Positions 14,625 through 26,937 are shown, counted from the first letter of the stretch. The stretch is DNA of 64,000 bases from an uncultured Verrucomicrobiae bacterium (GCA_963769025.1 CAVYKI010000009.1:800001-864000); one strand, 5' to 3'. Program-made: numbers and translations. Notes: a model not told the origin generated them from the letters alone.

Positions 14625-17086
14625 GTGAATGCCCTCTTCCAACATCTGACGGTCCCCGACCTCTGGCAGCAGGAAGCCGTGCAGGCGCTCCGCGCCGGGA
14701 AGGATGTCGTCGTGCACGCGCCGACGGGCGCGGGAAAAACCTACATCTTCGAGATGTTCCAGCCGCAGTTGAAAGGGCAGGCCGTCTTCACCGTGCCGAC
14801 CCGCGCGCTCGCAAATGACAAGCTCACCGAGTGGCGCGAGCGCGGCTGGGATGTCGGCATCTCCACCGGCGATCTCGCGCTCCGGCTCGATGCCCGCATC
14901 GTCGTCGCGACGCTCGAGACGCAGCGGCGGCGTTTCATCCGGCGCGAAGGCCCGCAGCTCCTCGTCGTCGATGAATACCAGATGATCGGCGACCCGCATC
15001 GCGGCGTGAATTACGAACTCGCGCTCGCGCTCGCGCCGCCGGAGACGCAGCTCCTCCTGCTCAGCGGAAGCGTCGGCAATCCGCAGGATGTCGTCGCGTG
15101 GCTGCGGCGCATCGGGCGCGACGCCGTGCTCATCTCGCACGACGTGCGCCCCGTCCCGCTCAACGAAGTGGACATCGAGGCGCTGCCGAACCGAGCATCG
15201 TCGGACATCCGCGGCTACTGGCCGCGCATGATCACGAACGCGCTCCGCGCCGACCTCGGCCCGATCCTCATGTTCGCGCCGCGACGGAAGGCCGCGGAGG
15301 AATTCGCCCAGTCGCTCGCCGGCGCGCTGCCGGATCCGCACCCGCTCGTGCTCTCGCCGGAGCAGGAAAATCTCGCCGGTCCGAAGCTCGCGCGCCTGCT
15401 CGCAGGCACGCGTCGCGTACCACCACAGCGGCCTGAGCTATGCGCAGCGCGCAGGAGTCGTCGAGCCGCTCGCGAAGAACGGCCAGCTCCGCGTCGTCGT
15501 CGCGACGATGGGACTCGCCGCCGGGATCAATTTCTCGATGCGCTCCGTCGTCGTCACCGACACGCGCTACATGGTGGGCAGCTTCGAGCGCGTCGGTGCA
15601 GCCCGATGAGCTGCTCCAGATGTTCGGACGCGCCGGCCGCCGCGGACTCGATGAATCCGGCCACGTACTCTTCACCGAAAGCACGCCCCGGCTGCTCAAC
15701 GCACGCGCACGCCAGCTCCGCCGGGCGACGAAACTCGACTGGCCCACGCTCATCGCCGTGATGCACGCCGCTGTCACGCGCGGCGAAGAGCCGTTCGGCG
15801 CTGCGCTCGATTCGAGCCGGAGGCTCTTCAGCCCGCAGAATGTGCTGCTCGGCGTCGAGCACGCGCGAGAGACCGGCCCGATGCCGTGCGGGCTCGGCGT
15901 GGACATGGAGCGCGCGCGTTTCATCCGCCGCGCTGTCACGGAAATCCGCAACTCGCGCGGCGAATGGCAGCCGGCACCGGAACCCGAGGACGTCCCGCTC
16001 GGTGAGGCATTGATTTTTCACGAAGGGCGCTGGCGACCCGCGCTCAGCGTTGCGCGCTCGCTCGACGGAATCGGCTTCGGCCAGCTCTGCCGGCTCGATG
16101 TTCCCAATCAGCGCCGGTACGGACGCGAGCTCGTCCTCGGCACGCTGCGCGATGACGGCCTCGCGCTCGCGCCGTGGCTGCGCAGGCAAATGAAGAGGAG
16201 CCATGTCCCCGAAGGCGAGATCGAGAGCACCGTCCTCGACAAGCTTCCGCCGCTCGTGCGCGCCGCCTGCGTCCAGCCGCCGCTCGCAAACGAAGTCCCT
16301 CCGCCTCGGAAGCAGGCCCCTGCGTTTTCGGTCGCGTCCGTTTTCGAGCGGGGCGAACATCTCGTCGTCCATCTCGACTTTTCCCCGCATCGCGTCACCG
16401 CATTTCGCGACCGGCACGGTCTCGCGGTTATCGATCCCGAATCGCGGGAGATTCCCCCGCCCTGCTGCGAAGCGTGCCCCGAGGCCCAGTGGTGCCGTTC
16501 GGCGGAAATCACTGCGACGCCCGCGTGGATATGGCGACGGCTCGGCCTCATCGAGACCGACGGACGTCCGACGCGCCGCGGCATCGTCTTCAGTTTCTTT
16601 CATCACGCCGAAGGTCTCGCCATCGCCGCCGCGCTTGAGGATTCCGGCTACGCAATCGCCGACCTGATCTACGACCTTGCAAACCTCCGCGCCGGACCGC
16701 GGTTCGCGGGCGACGATTCGCCGTTCGGCGGACGGCTCGGCCTGGCCTGTTCAAGGGCAACCGATCGCGCGGATCTCGACGGCTACCTCTCGATGGGCGT
16801 GCCGGTGGAATATGGCGCGGGCGCAGAGGAACTCGTCCGCGAAATCACCGAGCACGGGACGGCGATCGGCAAACTCCAGACCGAAACGTTGCGAAGTGGC
16901 GACATCGAGCGCGCCTTGATCGAATGGCGCAGCGTCCTGCGGCACATCGCGATGGCCCCCGACTACGAATGGGACCGCTGGCAGGAACTCCAGCGCGCCG
17001 CGGCCATCCACATCGAGACAAACGCCCCTGCGCGACTGCCCGAACTCCCGCCGCTCACAGCGGCGCAGCGCAGGAGCGCGCAGTGA
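14625..17086 (+). CDS. Ski2-like DEAD/DEAH-box helicase (frameshifts near 15405 and 15590)
   Basis: PDLWQQEA Q-motif, APTGAGKT, PTRALAN, VDEYQ, HHSGL, AAGINF, QMFGRAGRRG. Confidence 0.85.
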
Positions 17087-17177
17087 AAATCGGCGGCGTA
17101 TCCGCTTCGCGCGCACTTCCGGGAAGATAGCGAACGCGGGAGTGGCGCAATTTTTCGAGGTCGCTAGTCTCGTTCGG

Positions 17178-18092
17178 ATGAAACCGCGACCGCTGACCGA
17201 CTACGCACGGCTCTCCGTGGTGGCGGCAGTGATCACTTTCATCCTGAAACTCTCCGCGTGGAAACTCACCGGCTCGGTCGGTCTGCTCTCCGACGCGCTG
17301 GAATCGCTCGCCAATCTCGCCGCGGCCCTGGTCGCGCTCGGCTCGCTCGCGGTCGCCGCGCGTCCCGCAGACGAGGATCATGCGTTCGGCCACTCAAAGG
17401 CGGAGTACTTTGCCGCGGGCATCGAGGGCGCGCTCATCATCGTCGCGGCCGGGGCGATCGGCTGGAGCGCAGTGGATCGCCTTTTTTCGCCGCAGGCGCT
17501 GAACGAACCGGTTCTGGGAATAGCCATCTCGACGCTCGCCTCGCTGGTGAATCTCGCCGTCGCCCGAATCCTCCTCGCCGTCGGGCGCGAGCGAAACTCC
17601 ATCGCGCTCGAAGCCGACGGAAGACACCTCATGACCGATGTGTGGACCTCCGCAGCGGTCATCACCGCGGTCGCCGTCGTGGCGCTCACCGGATGGTGGT
17701 GGATGGACCCGTTCATCGGCCTGTTCCTCGCGGTGCACATCGTGATGACCGGCGTGAAGCTCGTGCGCGAGTCCATGCTCGGGCTCATGGACACCGGGCT
17801 CCCGACGGTGCAGCTCGAGATCATCCGCGCAACGCTGGGCCAGTATGAAAAGGAGGGCGTGCAGTATCACGCGCTGCTCACCCGGCGCGCGGCGGCGCGG
17901 CGTTTCATGAGCGTCCATCTGCTCATGCCGGGCACGTGGTCCATTTCCCGAGGGCATGACCTCGCGGAACGGATCGAATCCGACCTGCGCAAGGCACTCC
18001 CGGGTCTCATCGTGCTGACCCACCTCGAGCCCGACGACGATCCGGCCTCGTGGAAGGATGTGAAACTGGAGCGCGAGGATACCGTCGATTGA
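17178..18092 (+). CDS. Cation diffusion facilitator family transporter (FieF-like)
   Basis: GSVGLLSDALES, PADEDHAFGHSKAE, ADGRHLMTD, THLEP. Confidence 0.9.
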   Translation: MKPRPLTDYARLSVVAAVITFILKLSAWKLTGSVGLLSDALESLANLAAALVALGSLAVAARPADEDHAFGHSKAEYFAAGIEGALIIVAAGAIGWSAVDRLFSPQALNEPVLGIAISTLASLVNLAVARILLAVGRERNSIALEADGRHLMTDVWTSAAVITAVAVVALTGWWWMDPFIGLFLAVHIVMTGVKLVRESMLGLMDTGLPTVQLEIIRATLGQYEKEGVQYHALLTRRAAARRFMSVHLLMPGTWSISRGHDLAERIESDLRKALPGLIVLTHLEPDDDPASWKDVKLEREDTVD

Positions 18093-18113
18093 CGCCGGAG
18101 GAGGCGGGCCATT

Positions 18114-19163
18114 CTACAGGTGTTCGCCGGCGAGCACGTCGGTTTCCTTCAACGCGAGAGGGAAAGGCTCCATGGGCATCGGCTCGTCGTGAGCGAGAAA
18201 TTCCTCACAGACGCGGAAGAACTCCGCGCGCGTCGTCACCCGCCGGATGGCGTGAAGGAATCTGCCGCTCGGCTCCACGCCGAGGCCGATGAAGTTCAGA
18301 TACTTCTTCATCTTATGCACCTGCGAGTGCTCCGAAACCTCCGGCGTGCAAACCGCGCCGAAGAGCGCGCGGATGTAATCGAGCACGTCGCGCCCGCGCG
18401 GAACCATGGGAATCTCGCCGCGCTGATGCTGTCGGATTTGCTCGAACATCCACGGATTGCGGATCGCTCCGCGGCCGATCATCAGCCCGCGCGCACCAGT
18501 GAGCGCGAGGACTTCGGCCGCTTTCCGGGCGGAGGAAACGTTGCCGTTTGCGAGCACCGGACAGGTCATCGCATCCACGGCGCGCGCGATGTAGTCGTAG
18601 TGGACATCGCTGCGATACATCTCCGCGACGGTGCGGCCATGCACGGTGAGGAGGTCGAGCGAGTGACGCGCGAAGATCGGCAGGAATTCGTCGAACACCG
18701 CGGGGTCGTCGAATCCGATCCGCGTCTTCACCGTGAACTTCACTTTCACCACGTCTCGCAGCGCGCCGAGGATCGCATCCACGCGCCGGGGCTCGCGCAG
18801 CAGCCCACCGCCGGCGCACTTTTTGTAAACGATGGGTGCGGGGCAGCCGAGGTTCAGATCGATCGCTGCGACGGGATATTCCTGCAGCTTGCGCGCGGTG
18901 CGGACGAGCGACGGGATGTCATTGCCGATCATCTGCGCGACCGCCGGGCGGCCCGTGGGATTCGCCGTGATGGATTCGAGGATCCATTTTTCCAGATTCG
19001 AGTCGGCGTGGACGCGGAAGTATTCGGTGAAATACACGTCCGCCCCGCCGTAGCGTGTCATCAGCCGCCAGAACGGCAGGTCCGTGACCTCCTGCATCGG
19101 CGCGAGCGCGAGGATCGGCGCGGTGCCATCGAGCAGGTTTTGAAATGAAGTGGCGGCGTCCAA
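18114..19163 (-). CDS. Second tRNA-dihydrouridine synthase family protein (start uncertain)
   Basis: LAPMQEVTD, DLNLGCP, KTRIG, VHGRT, ANGNV, MIGRGA. Confidence 0.85.
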   Translation of the reverse strand: MDAATSFQNLLDGTAPILALAPMQEVTDLPFWRLMTRYGGADVYFTEYFRVHADSNLEKWILESITANPTGRPAVAQMIGNDIPSLVRTARKLQEYPVAAIDLNLGCPAPIVYKKCAGGGLLREPRRVDAILGALRDVVKVKFTVKTRIGFDDPAVFDEFLPIFARHSLDLLTVHGRTVAEMYRSDVHYDYIARAVDAMTCPVLANGNVSSARKAAEVLALTGARGLMIGRGAIRNPWMFEQIRQHQRGEIPMVPRGRDVLDYIRALFGAVCTPEVSEHSQVHKMKKYLNFIGLGVEPSGRFLHAIRRVTTRAEFFRVCEEFLAHDEPMPMEPFPLALKETDVLAGEHL

Positions 19164-19267
19164 GACGCGGATGCTTACCTCTGAATGCCGCCCGCCGCAA
19201 GGAGCCGAACCGGGTGCAAAGCATGTGCGTTGCAATGATGCCGATGCTCGCGCACTTTTCCGCGCAC

Positions 19268-20387
19268 GTGCAACAAGCCGCCTACACCACTCTGCCGCCG
19301 GACCGGGATGAAGCCCCGCGTCGCGGCTCGCTGTATGATCTCAGCTTTTCTGCGCTCGAGCGCGTGTTGGTCGATGCCGGATTGAACGCGGTCCACACGC
19401 GCGCACTTTGGAAGGCGCTTTACCGCGGCGGCGGACTCAGGCCGGGGGAGTTGGAAAAGTTCTCGCCGCCTTTGCGCCGCTGGATCGAGGCGCGAATCGA
19501 CGGCGGCAACGCCCCCATTTCCGAAACGGCGGAGGTGGTCGCCGACATCGCGAGCAGCGACGGGCTGACGCGGAAATTTCTCCTGCGGCTCGACGACGGG
19601 CAGACGATCGAGACGGTGGTGATGGGCTACGCGGGGCGCATCACGGCGTGCGTGAGCACGCAGGCCGGGTGCGCGATGGGCTGCGTGTTTTGCGCGACGG
19701 GGCAGATGGGATTTTCGCGGCATCTGCGCGCCCGGCGAGATCGTCGCGCAGGTGCTGCATGCGCGTGATGCCGTCGCACGGCAGGGCGGCAATTCGCTGC
19801 GCAATCTCGTGCTCATGGGGATGGGCGAGCCGCTGCACAATTACGACGCGGTGCTCGCAGCGCTGGAAATCATCAGCGACACGCGCGGGCTCAACATCGG
19901 CCCGGCGAAGATCACGATCAGCACGGTCGGCGTCGTCCCCGGCATCCTGCGGCTCGCGGAGGAAAAGCGCGGCTACGGTCTCGCCGTGAGCCTGCACGGC
20001 GCGACGGACGAGGAACGCACCGCACTCGTGCCCGCGGGCAAACGCTGGCCGCTCGATGAACTCATCGCCGCGTGCCGCACGTACTGCACGCGCACGGGAC
20101 GGCGCATCTTCTTTGAATGGACGCTCATCGCAGGGACGAACGACACGCCAGCGCAGGCGCGGCGGCTCGGCGAACTGCTCTCCGGGATCGATGCGCATGT
20201 GAATCTCATCCCGCTGAATCCCACGGGCGGATTCGCCGGCGGCACGGCGTCGTCTGCCGCAGCGGCGGAGTTTCAGCGCGTGCTGAAGTCCGCGGGAATC
20301 CCGAGCACGGTCCGGCAGCGGCGCGGCATCGATGTCGCCGCGGGCTGCGGGCAGTTGCGGACGGAGCGGGAACGGTCGGCGGCGTAG
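19268..20387 (+). CDS. rlmN: RlmN/Cfr-family radical SAM RNA methyltransferase (start uncertain; frameshift near 19730)
   Basis: CVSTQAGCAMGCVFC, MGMGEP, AVSLHG, VNLIPLN, DVAAGCGQL. Confidence 0.85.
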
Positions 20388-20451
20388 GGCACCGCCGCGC
20401 GCGCACATTCATCTCGCCGCGGAGCGCACCGCCACGGTAGAAGTCGCGGCC

Positions 20452-20865
20452 ATGTGGGCATTCCTTTCCAAGAATCGTGACGCCGGTCTGTTGATGCTGC
20501 GCCTCTCGCTCGGCGCGCTGTTCATCTGGGCGCACGGCTGGAGCAAACTCGCGGGGGGCACCGACACATGGCACGGCATCGGCGGGGCGATGAAGCACTT
20601 CGGCATCACGTTCTGGCCCACGTTCTGGGGCTTCCTCGCCACGATGGCGGAGACCGCGGGCATCGTGCTCTTCATGATCGGCCTCGCCTTCCGCCCGGCA
20701 TGCGTCGTCATCGCGTTCACGATGGCCGTGGCGGGCATCCACGCATGGAACACCGCCAGCAGGGGAATGAGCCTCCAGAACGCGTCGCACGCGTGGGAAC
20801 TCGGCCTCGTTTTCCTCTCCTGCATTTTCATCGGCCCTGGAAAATACAGCGTGGACAAAAACTAG
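20452..20865 (+). CDS. DoxX family membrane protein
   Basis: GLLMLRLSLG..F..HG..KL, E..G, GPGKYSVD. Confidence 0.88.
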   Translation: MWAFLSKNRDAGLLMLRLSLGALFIWAHGWSKLAGGTDTWHGIGGAMKHFGITFWPTFWGFLATMAETAGIVLFMIGLAFRPACVVIAFTMAVAGIHAWNTASRGMSLQNASHAWELGLVFLSCIFIGPGKYSVDKN

Positions 20866-21078
20866 CGCGACAGCCTGCACCACTGACCGGACCCATCCCC
20901 CGCCTCCGCGCCGCGTGCCTGGACGGAGGCGGCATACGGGGCGGTTTCGTCCACGGACTCCGGCGGATTTTTTCATGAAGATAACACCTCCATCCCCCAA
21001 TGGTTGAGGCCGTGTTTCCATGGCGGCATTTCGGCCGCCGGGGACTCCGCGCTGCGATGTGGGCAGCGCCACGCAGTC

Positions 21079-24000
21079 ATGACTGAAGGTTCGCGAAATC
21101 AGCCGCCTTCGCCGCGGGCGTTCGAGCGCGCACGCACCGCGATGCGCCGCTGGCCTCCATCACCAGCGGGGGTATTGATCCTCCTGGGGATCGCGGCCGC
21201 GTACTTCGGCACCGCGCGGGTCGGGCTGCTCCTTGCGATGGCGGGCGGAAATGTGACGCCTGTCTGGCCGCCATCGGGAATCGCTTTTGCGGCGCTCCTG
21301 ATTTTCGGAGCGAGGGTCTGGCCGGGCATCTGGATCGGGGCGTTTGCCGCGAATTTTTGGGGCGCGTACTATACGGCATCCGGAGTGTCGCTGGCGCCGG
21401 CACTCATGTTTGCGGCTGGCGCGAGCACGGGCGCTGTGTTGACGGCGTGGCTCGGCGTGGTGCTCACGCAGCGGGTTGCCGGCACGGGCAATCCCCTCGA
21501 ACGCGTGCGGGATGTCTGTGCGCTCATGGGCCTTGGCGGTGTCACCGCTTGCCTGCTGAGCGCGAGCAATGGCGTGCTGTGGCTCGCCACCGCCGGACTC
21601 GCGCCGCGGGGAGAATGGGGATCGATCTGGCTCACGTGGTGGCTCGGCGACACCGCCGGCGTTTTGGTATTCGCGCCGCTGTTGATCGCGTGGTGCCTCG
21701 CGCCCTCCTTCCCGAAGCGCACGCGCTGGCCGGAGGCGGCCGGGTGTTTCGCGCTGCTGCTGGCGGCGGGCGGCATCATGTTCGACGGCGCGCTGCTGCC
21801 CACGCTCAGCGCCGGGCATTTTACATTTCTCATCATCCCGTTCCTCGTGTGGCCGGCCCTGCGGCTCGGGCAGCGCGGTGCGGCCACCGCGACCCTGGCG
21901 GTCGCATGCCTTGCGGTGTGGGGCGCGATCCATGGGGAAGGCCCGTTCATCCTCGCCACACGGAATGAAACGCTGCTCCTGCTGGAATTGTTCCTCAGCG
22001 TGGTGGCCCTGAGCGGGCTGTGCGTCGCCGCGGTCGCCACCGGGCAGAGCCGTGCGGAGGCGGAGCGCAGCACTGTCCTCGATGAACTCGAATCCCGGGT
22101 CCGCGGGCGCACGGCGGAACTCGTCGCGGAAATCGCGGAGCACGAGCGCACCGAGGGAAGGCTGGCCGATCGCGAGGCACATCTGCGCGCCATCGTGGAC
22201 TCCGAGCCGGAGTGCGTGAAGCTCCTCTCCGCCGAGGGCACGCTGCTGGAGATGAACCCCGCGGGGCTGGCGATGATCGAGGCGGAGTCCTTCGAGCAAG
22301 TCCGCGGCGCGAACATGGCCCGCCTGCTCGCCCCCGGCTACCGCGAGCCGTTCGCCAAGCTGACCCAGCGGGTTTTTGGTGGCCTGAGCGGAGGGTTGGA
22401 GTTCGAAATCACCGGCCTGAAAGGCACGCACCGCTGGCTGGAGACGCACGCGGTGCCGCTGCGCGGCGCGGACGGTGGAATCACGGCAATGCTCGGCATC
22501 ACGCGCGACATCACCGGGCGGAAGCAGGCGGCGGATGCCCTGCGCCACGAGCGCGATTTTTCCGCGACCGTGATCGACAGCCTGCCGGGCGTTTTCTACC
22601 TCGTGGATCCGCGGAGGCGGCTGCGGCGGTGGAACAAGAACTTCGAGAGGGTGACGGGCTATACCGCGATTGAACTCGGGAACATGGATGTGAGCCGGCT
22701 TTTTCCGCCGGCGGAGCTGCTCCGCGTGCAGGAGAGTTTTTTCAAGGTCCTGGAAACAGGCTCGGCCGATGTCGAAGCCGAACTCCTGCCAAGGGAAGGA
22801 CCGCCGGTGCCGTATTTTTTCACGGGGATGCGCGTGATGCTCAGGGACACGCCGTGCATGGCGGGCGTGGGCATCGACGTGACTGAACGGCGCAGAGCCG
22901 CCGCGGTCATCGAGGGGCAGAAAAGCGTGCTGGAATTGATCGCGAAGGGCGCGCCGCTCGCCGAAACGCTCACGGTTCTGCTCCGCGTGGTCGAGGCCCT
23001 GGCGCCGGAGATGCTCTGCTCGGTCCTTCTGCTCGACCCGGACGGCATCCACGTCCGCCACGGCGCGGCGCCGAGTCTGCCGGATGCGTTCAACCGCGCC
23101 GTGGACGGCCAGCCCATCGGCCCGAGCGCCGGTTCGTGCGGCACGGCGGCATTCCGCCGGGAACCGGTGATCGTGGAAGACATCGCGACGGACCCGCTCT
23201 GGGCGGATTACCGCGCAGCGGCGCTGCCGCACGGGCTGCGCGCCTGCTGGTCCACTCCCATCTTCGACGAGAAGCGCACCGTGCTCGGCACCTTCGCAAT
23301 CTACTCCCGAAAGCCGGCCCGGCCCACCTCGCGGCATCTGCACTGCATCGAGCTGGCCACGGGCCTCGCAGCCATCGCCATCAGCCGCACGCGCAGCCGG
23401 GCGGCGCTGGAGAAGATGCGCTTCAGCGTGGAGCGTGCGGGCGACGGCGTGTTCTGGATCAGCCCCGAGGGGCGCGTGCTGTATGTGAACCGCTCGGCCT
23501 GCGAACGGCTGGGGTATTCCCAGGACGAAATCCTCGGCATGACGATCCCGATCTCGATCCGGATTATCCGTCCGACACGTGGTCGGCGCACTGGGAGGAG
23601 CTGAAACGGACCGGGACGCGCACCTTCGAGACACGCCACCGCTGCAAGGACGGGCGCATGCTTTCCGTGGAGGTGAATGCGAACTTCGTCGAGTTCGACG
23701 GGAGCGAATTGAATTTCTGCTTTGTCCGCGACATCACCGAACGCAAACGGGTGCAGGCGCAGGCGACCGCGGTGCTGAATTCGCTGACGGCCCACATCGC
23801 GGTGGTGGACGGGCACGGCATCGTGCTGGCCGTGAACAAACCGTGGCTGCGCTTCGCACGCGAGAACGATGCCTCGGACCGTCGCGACGTCCTTCCGGGC
23901 GTGAACTATCTCGATGTCGTCCAGCGGGCCGTGGCGGCGGGCGACGAGTTTGCCACGGAGGCCCTGGCCGGCATTCGCAGGGTGCTCCATGGCGGGGAGG

Positions 24001-25952
24001 ATCGTTTCGAATTGGAGTACCCGTGCCATTCCCCGACAGAACACCGCTGGTTCCTGATGATCGCCACACCGCTCTTCGGCACAGAGGGAGCCGTGCTGGC
24101 CCATGAAGACATCACCGCCCGCAAGCTGGCGGAGGACGCGCTGCACGAGGCCGATGCCCGGCTGCGACTTTCCGTCGCCGCTTCGAACATCGGGCTGTGG
24201 GACTGGAACATCGCGGCGGGCGAGATCTATTTTTCACGCGAGTGGAAGGGCCAGCTCGGTTACGCGGATGACGAGTTGCCGAACCGCTTCGGCGAATGGG
24301 AGAGCCGGGTCCATCCCGACGATTTCGCGGCGGTGCAGTCAAAGCTTCAGCGGTTCCTCCAAGACCCCGCGGGCAGCTACGCGACCGAATTCCGCCTGCG
24401 CCACAGGGACGGCTCGTATCGCTGGATTTACACCCAGGCGCAGCTCTTCCACGACGGGGCGGGCAAGCCGTTGCGCATGCTCGGGTGCCATGTGGACGTC
24501 ACCGAGCGCAAGCAGGCGGAGGAGTCGCTGCGTGAGAGCGAAGATCGCTACCGCAAGATCTTCGAAGAAGGACCGCTGGGCATCGCGATGGGGAGCCTGA
24601 GCGATGGCCGTCTGCTCCGGGCAAACCGGGCGGCGTGCGAGATGCTGGGCTATTCGGAGGACGAATTGAAGCGGCTCACGTTCGAGGACGTCACCCATCC
24701 GGAGCATCGTGCGGCGGATCGGGAGGCGGTGGCGTTGCTGCGGGAGGGCAGGATTTCGAGCAGCTCCGCGGAAAAGCGATACGTGAAGAAAAACGGCGAG
24801 GTGATCTGGGCTGCCCGGGCGCTCACGAAGATCCTCGGCGCCGACGGAAAGACCTTTTACGCGCTGGCGATGATCCAGGACATCACCAATCGCAAGCTGG
24901 CCGAAGCAGCGCTGCGGGAGCGCGACGAGCGGCTGCGCGCGGCAATGGCGGCATCCGGCACCGGGACATTTCGGTGGGATCTCCGCACCAATGACGTGAA
25001 CTGTGACGAGGCGCTGGACCGTCTGCTGGGCCTGTCGCGGAAGGACACGATCCGCTCGCTGGCAGGCTTTTCCGCCGTGGTGCACGCCGATGATCGCCAA
25101 GGCGTGATCGAGCAATTGCGGGGGTGCGCTGAGGACGGGGCGGATTTCGAGATGGAATACCGCGTCCGCTGGCCGAATGGCACCGACCATTGGCTGGACG
25201 CCCGGGGAAAGACGACGTCCGACATTGCCGGCAAACCGCTCTACATGACGGGCGCCTGCGTGGACATCACCGATCGGAAGCGGGACGAGGCCGCGCTGCA
25301 CGATCTCGCCCGGCGGCTGCTGCGGGCCGAGGACGCGGAACGGCGGCGCATCGCAAAGGAGTTGCACGATTCCACCGCCCAGGATCTCGTCGCGGTGATG
25401 ATGAATCTCGGCACGCTGCGCGACACGCTCACATCGCCCGACTTGAAGCGCGTGCAGATGCTCGATGACATCATCGCACTCGTCGAAAATTCCGCGAACG
25501 ACATCCGCACGCTCTCATACGTCCTGCATCCGCCGCGCCTCGAGGAAATGGGTCTGCCCGGCGCCCTGACCGAGTACGCCGCGGGCCTCGGGCGGCGGGC
25601 GGACATCCGCATCCGAGTCGATGCCGCGAAGGATTTCGGCCGGCTGCCCGAGGAACTGGAGCTCGTCCTTTTCCGCGTGGCGCAGGAGAGCCTCGTGAAT
25701 GCCGTCCGCCACTCGCACAGTGACGCGGCCACGATCCGCCTCGCGAGGACGGATTGGCGGGCCATGATCGAGATCGAGGATTTCGGATGCGGGATGCCGC
25801 CGGACGATGCGGCACAACCCGGCGCCTACGGCGTGGGAATCATCGGAATGCGGGAGCGTGTGCAGCATCTCGGCGGCGAGCTGGAGGTGGAGTCGGATGC
25901 CGGGGGAACGATCGTCCGCGCCATGCTTCCGTTGAAAAGGGAAAGACCATGA
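21079..25952 (+). CDS. MASE1 / multi-PAS / GAF sensor histidine kinase, HisKA_3 type, ~1620 aa (frameshift near 23550)
   Basis: VWPPSGIA and WWLGD (MASE1); about 7 PAS/PAC units ending in DITERK; GSCGTAA GAF; ERRRIAKELHD, QESLVNAVRHS, DFGCG, G..GMRER. Confidence 0.9.
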
Positions 25953-26605
25953 AGCCTTTGAAAATCCTCATTGCCGACGATCACGAACTCATCCGCGTAG
26001 GGCTCCGTGCGCGGCTCGAAAAGCAGGAGAACTGGAAAGTCTGCGGCGAGGCCGTGAACGGACGTCAGGCCGTGGAGATGGCGCTGGCGATGAAGCCGGA
26101 CGTAATCGTGCTGGACGTGAGCATGCCCGATCTGAATGGCGTCGAGGCCGCGCGGCAGATTTGCAAGGCGTGGCCAAAGGCGGAGGTCCTCATCCTCACG
26201 ATGCTGGAATCCGAGGGGCTTGTGCGGGACGTGCTGGCCGCTGGCGCGCGCGGCTTCATCCTAAAGACGGACACCGCCCGGCTTCTCATCCCCGCCGTGG
26301 AATCGCTCGCGAAACACGAGCCGTTCTTCACCGGGAAGGTCTCGGAGCTGGTCCTCGGAGCCTTCCTCGATCCCACCCGCGGAGCACGGGCCGGCACGGC
26401 CGAGGGAGGGCGCCTCAGTGCGAGGGAGCGGGAGATCACGCAGTTGCTCGCGGAGGCGCGGACGAACAAGGAGATCGCCGCGAAGCTCGGAGTGAGTGTG
26501 AAGACCGTCGATGCCCACCGTGCGAACATCATGCGCAAGCTGAACCTCCGTTCCGTGACGGAGCTCGTGCGCTACGCGATCCGCGAGAAGCTCATCGAGC
26601 CGTAA
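25949..26605 (+). CDS. NarL/FixJ (REC + LuxR-HTH) response regulator
   Basis: ILIADDH, VLDVSMP, GFILK, LSAREREI, NKEIA..LGVSVKTVDAHRANIMRKL. ATGA overlap with the kinase stop. Confidence 0.93.
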   Translation: MKPLKILIADDHELIRVGLRARLEKQENWKVCGEAVNGRQAVEMALAMKPDVIVLDVSMPDLNGVEAARQICKAWPKAEVLILTMLESEGLVRDVLAAGARGFILKTDTARLLIPAVESLAKHEPFFTGKVSELVLGAFLDPTRGARAGTAEGGRLSAREREITQLLAEARTNKEIAAKLGVSVKTVDAHRANIMRKLNLRSVTELVRYAIREKLIEP

Positions 26606-26625
26606 GGAGCGGATACCAAACCGGG

Positions 26626-26643
26626 CTAGGAGAAACACCCTAG
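26626..26643. promoter_or_regulatory. Putative NarL/LuxR-family operator palindrome
   Basis: CTAGG-agaaacac-CCTAG inverted repeat between the response regulator and the PUR gene. Confidence 0.4.
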
Positions 26644-26715
26644 GCGGCTCTCCCTGCCGCGATTAGGGGATCGCTCGATTATCATTTCATCAGGGAGTGG
26701 CGACCTTGCGGAGCC

Positions 26716-26937
26716 ATGAATGAAAACCTGCCTCTCAACGAACCCCTCGCCAGCGAAAAAATCACCATCGACCGGAAGGTATTCTTCCTCGACCTGAAGG
26801 AGAATGCCCGCGGCCGATTCATCAAGATCACCGAAGACGTCGGTGGCCGGCGCGACACCATCATGCTCCCAAACGGCGCATTTCGGGACTTCCTCGAAGC
26901 GCTCGCCCGGATCGTTGATTTCGAAAGCAAACTCTAG
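26716..26937 (+). CDS. PUR-domain (Pur-alpha-like) ssDNA/RNA-binding protein
   Basis: SEKITIDRKVFFLDLKENARGRFIKITE...RDTIMLP...F..F matches a single PUR repeat. Confidence 0.85.
   Translation: MNENLPLNEPLASEKITIDRKVFFLDLKENARGRFIKITEDVGGRRDTIMLPNGAFRDFLEALARIVDFESKL

Noticed and set aside
14625..17086. Anti-phage defence system built around the helicase
   Set aside because: The neighbours are housekeeping genes (rhomboid, CDF transporter). There is no nuclease, methylase or ATPase partner and no compositional anomaly.
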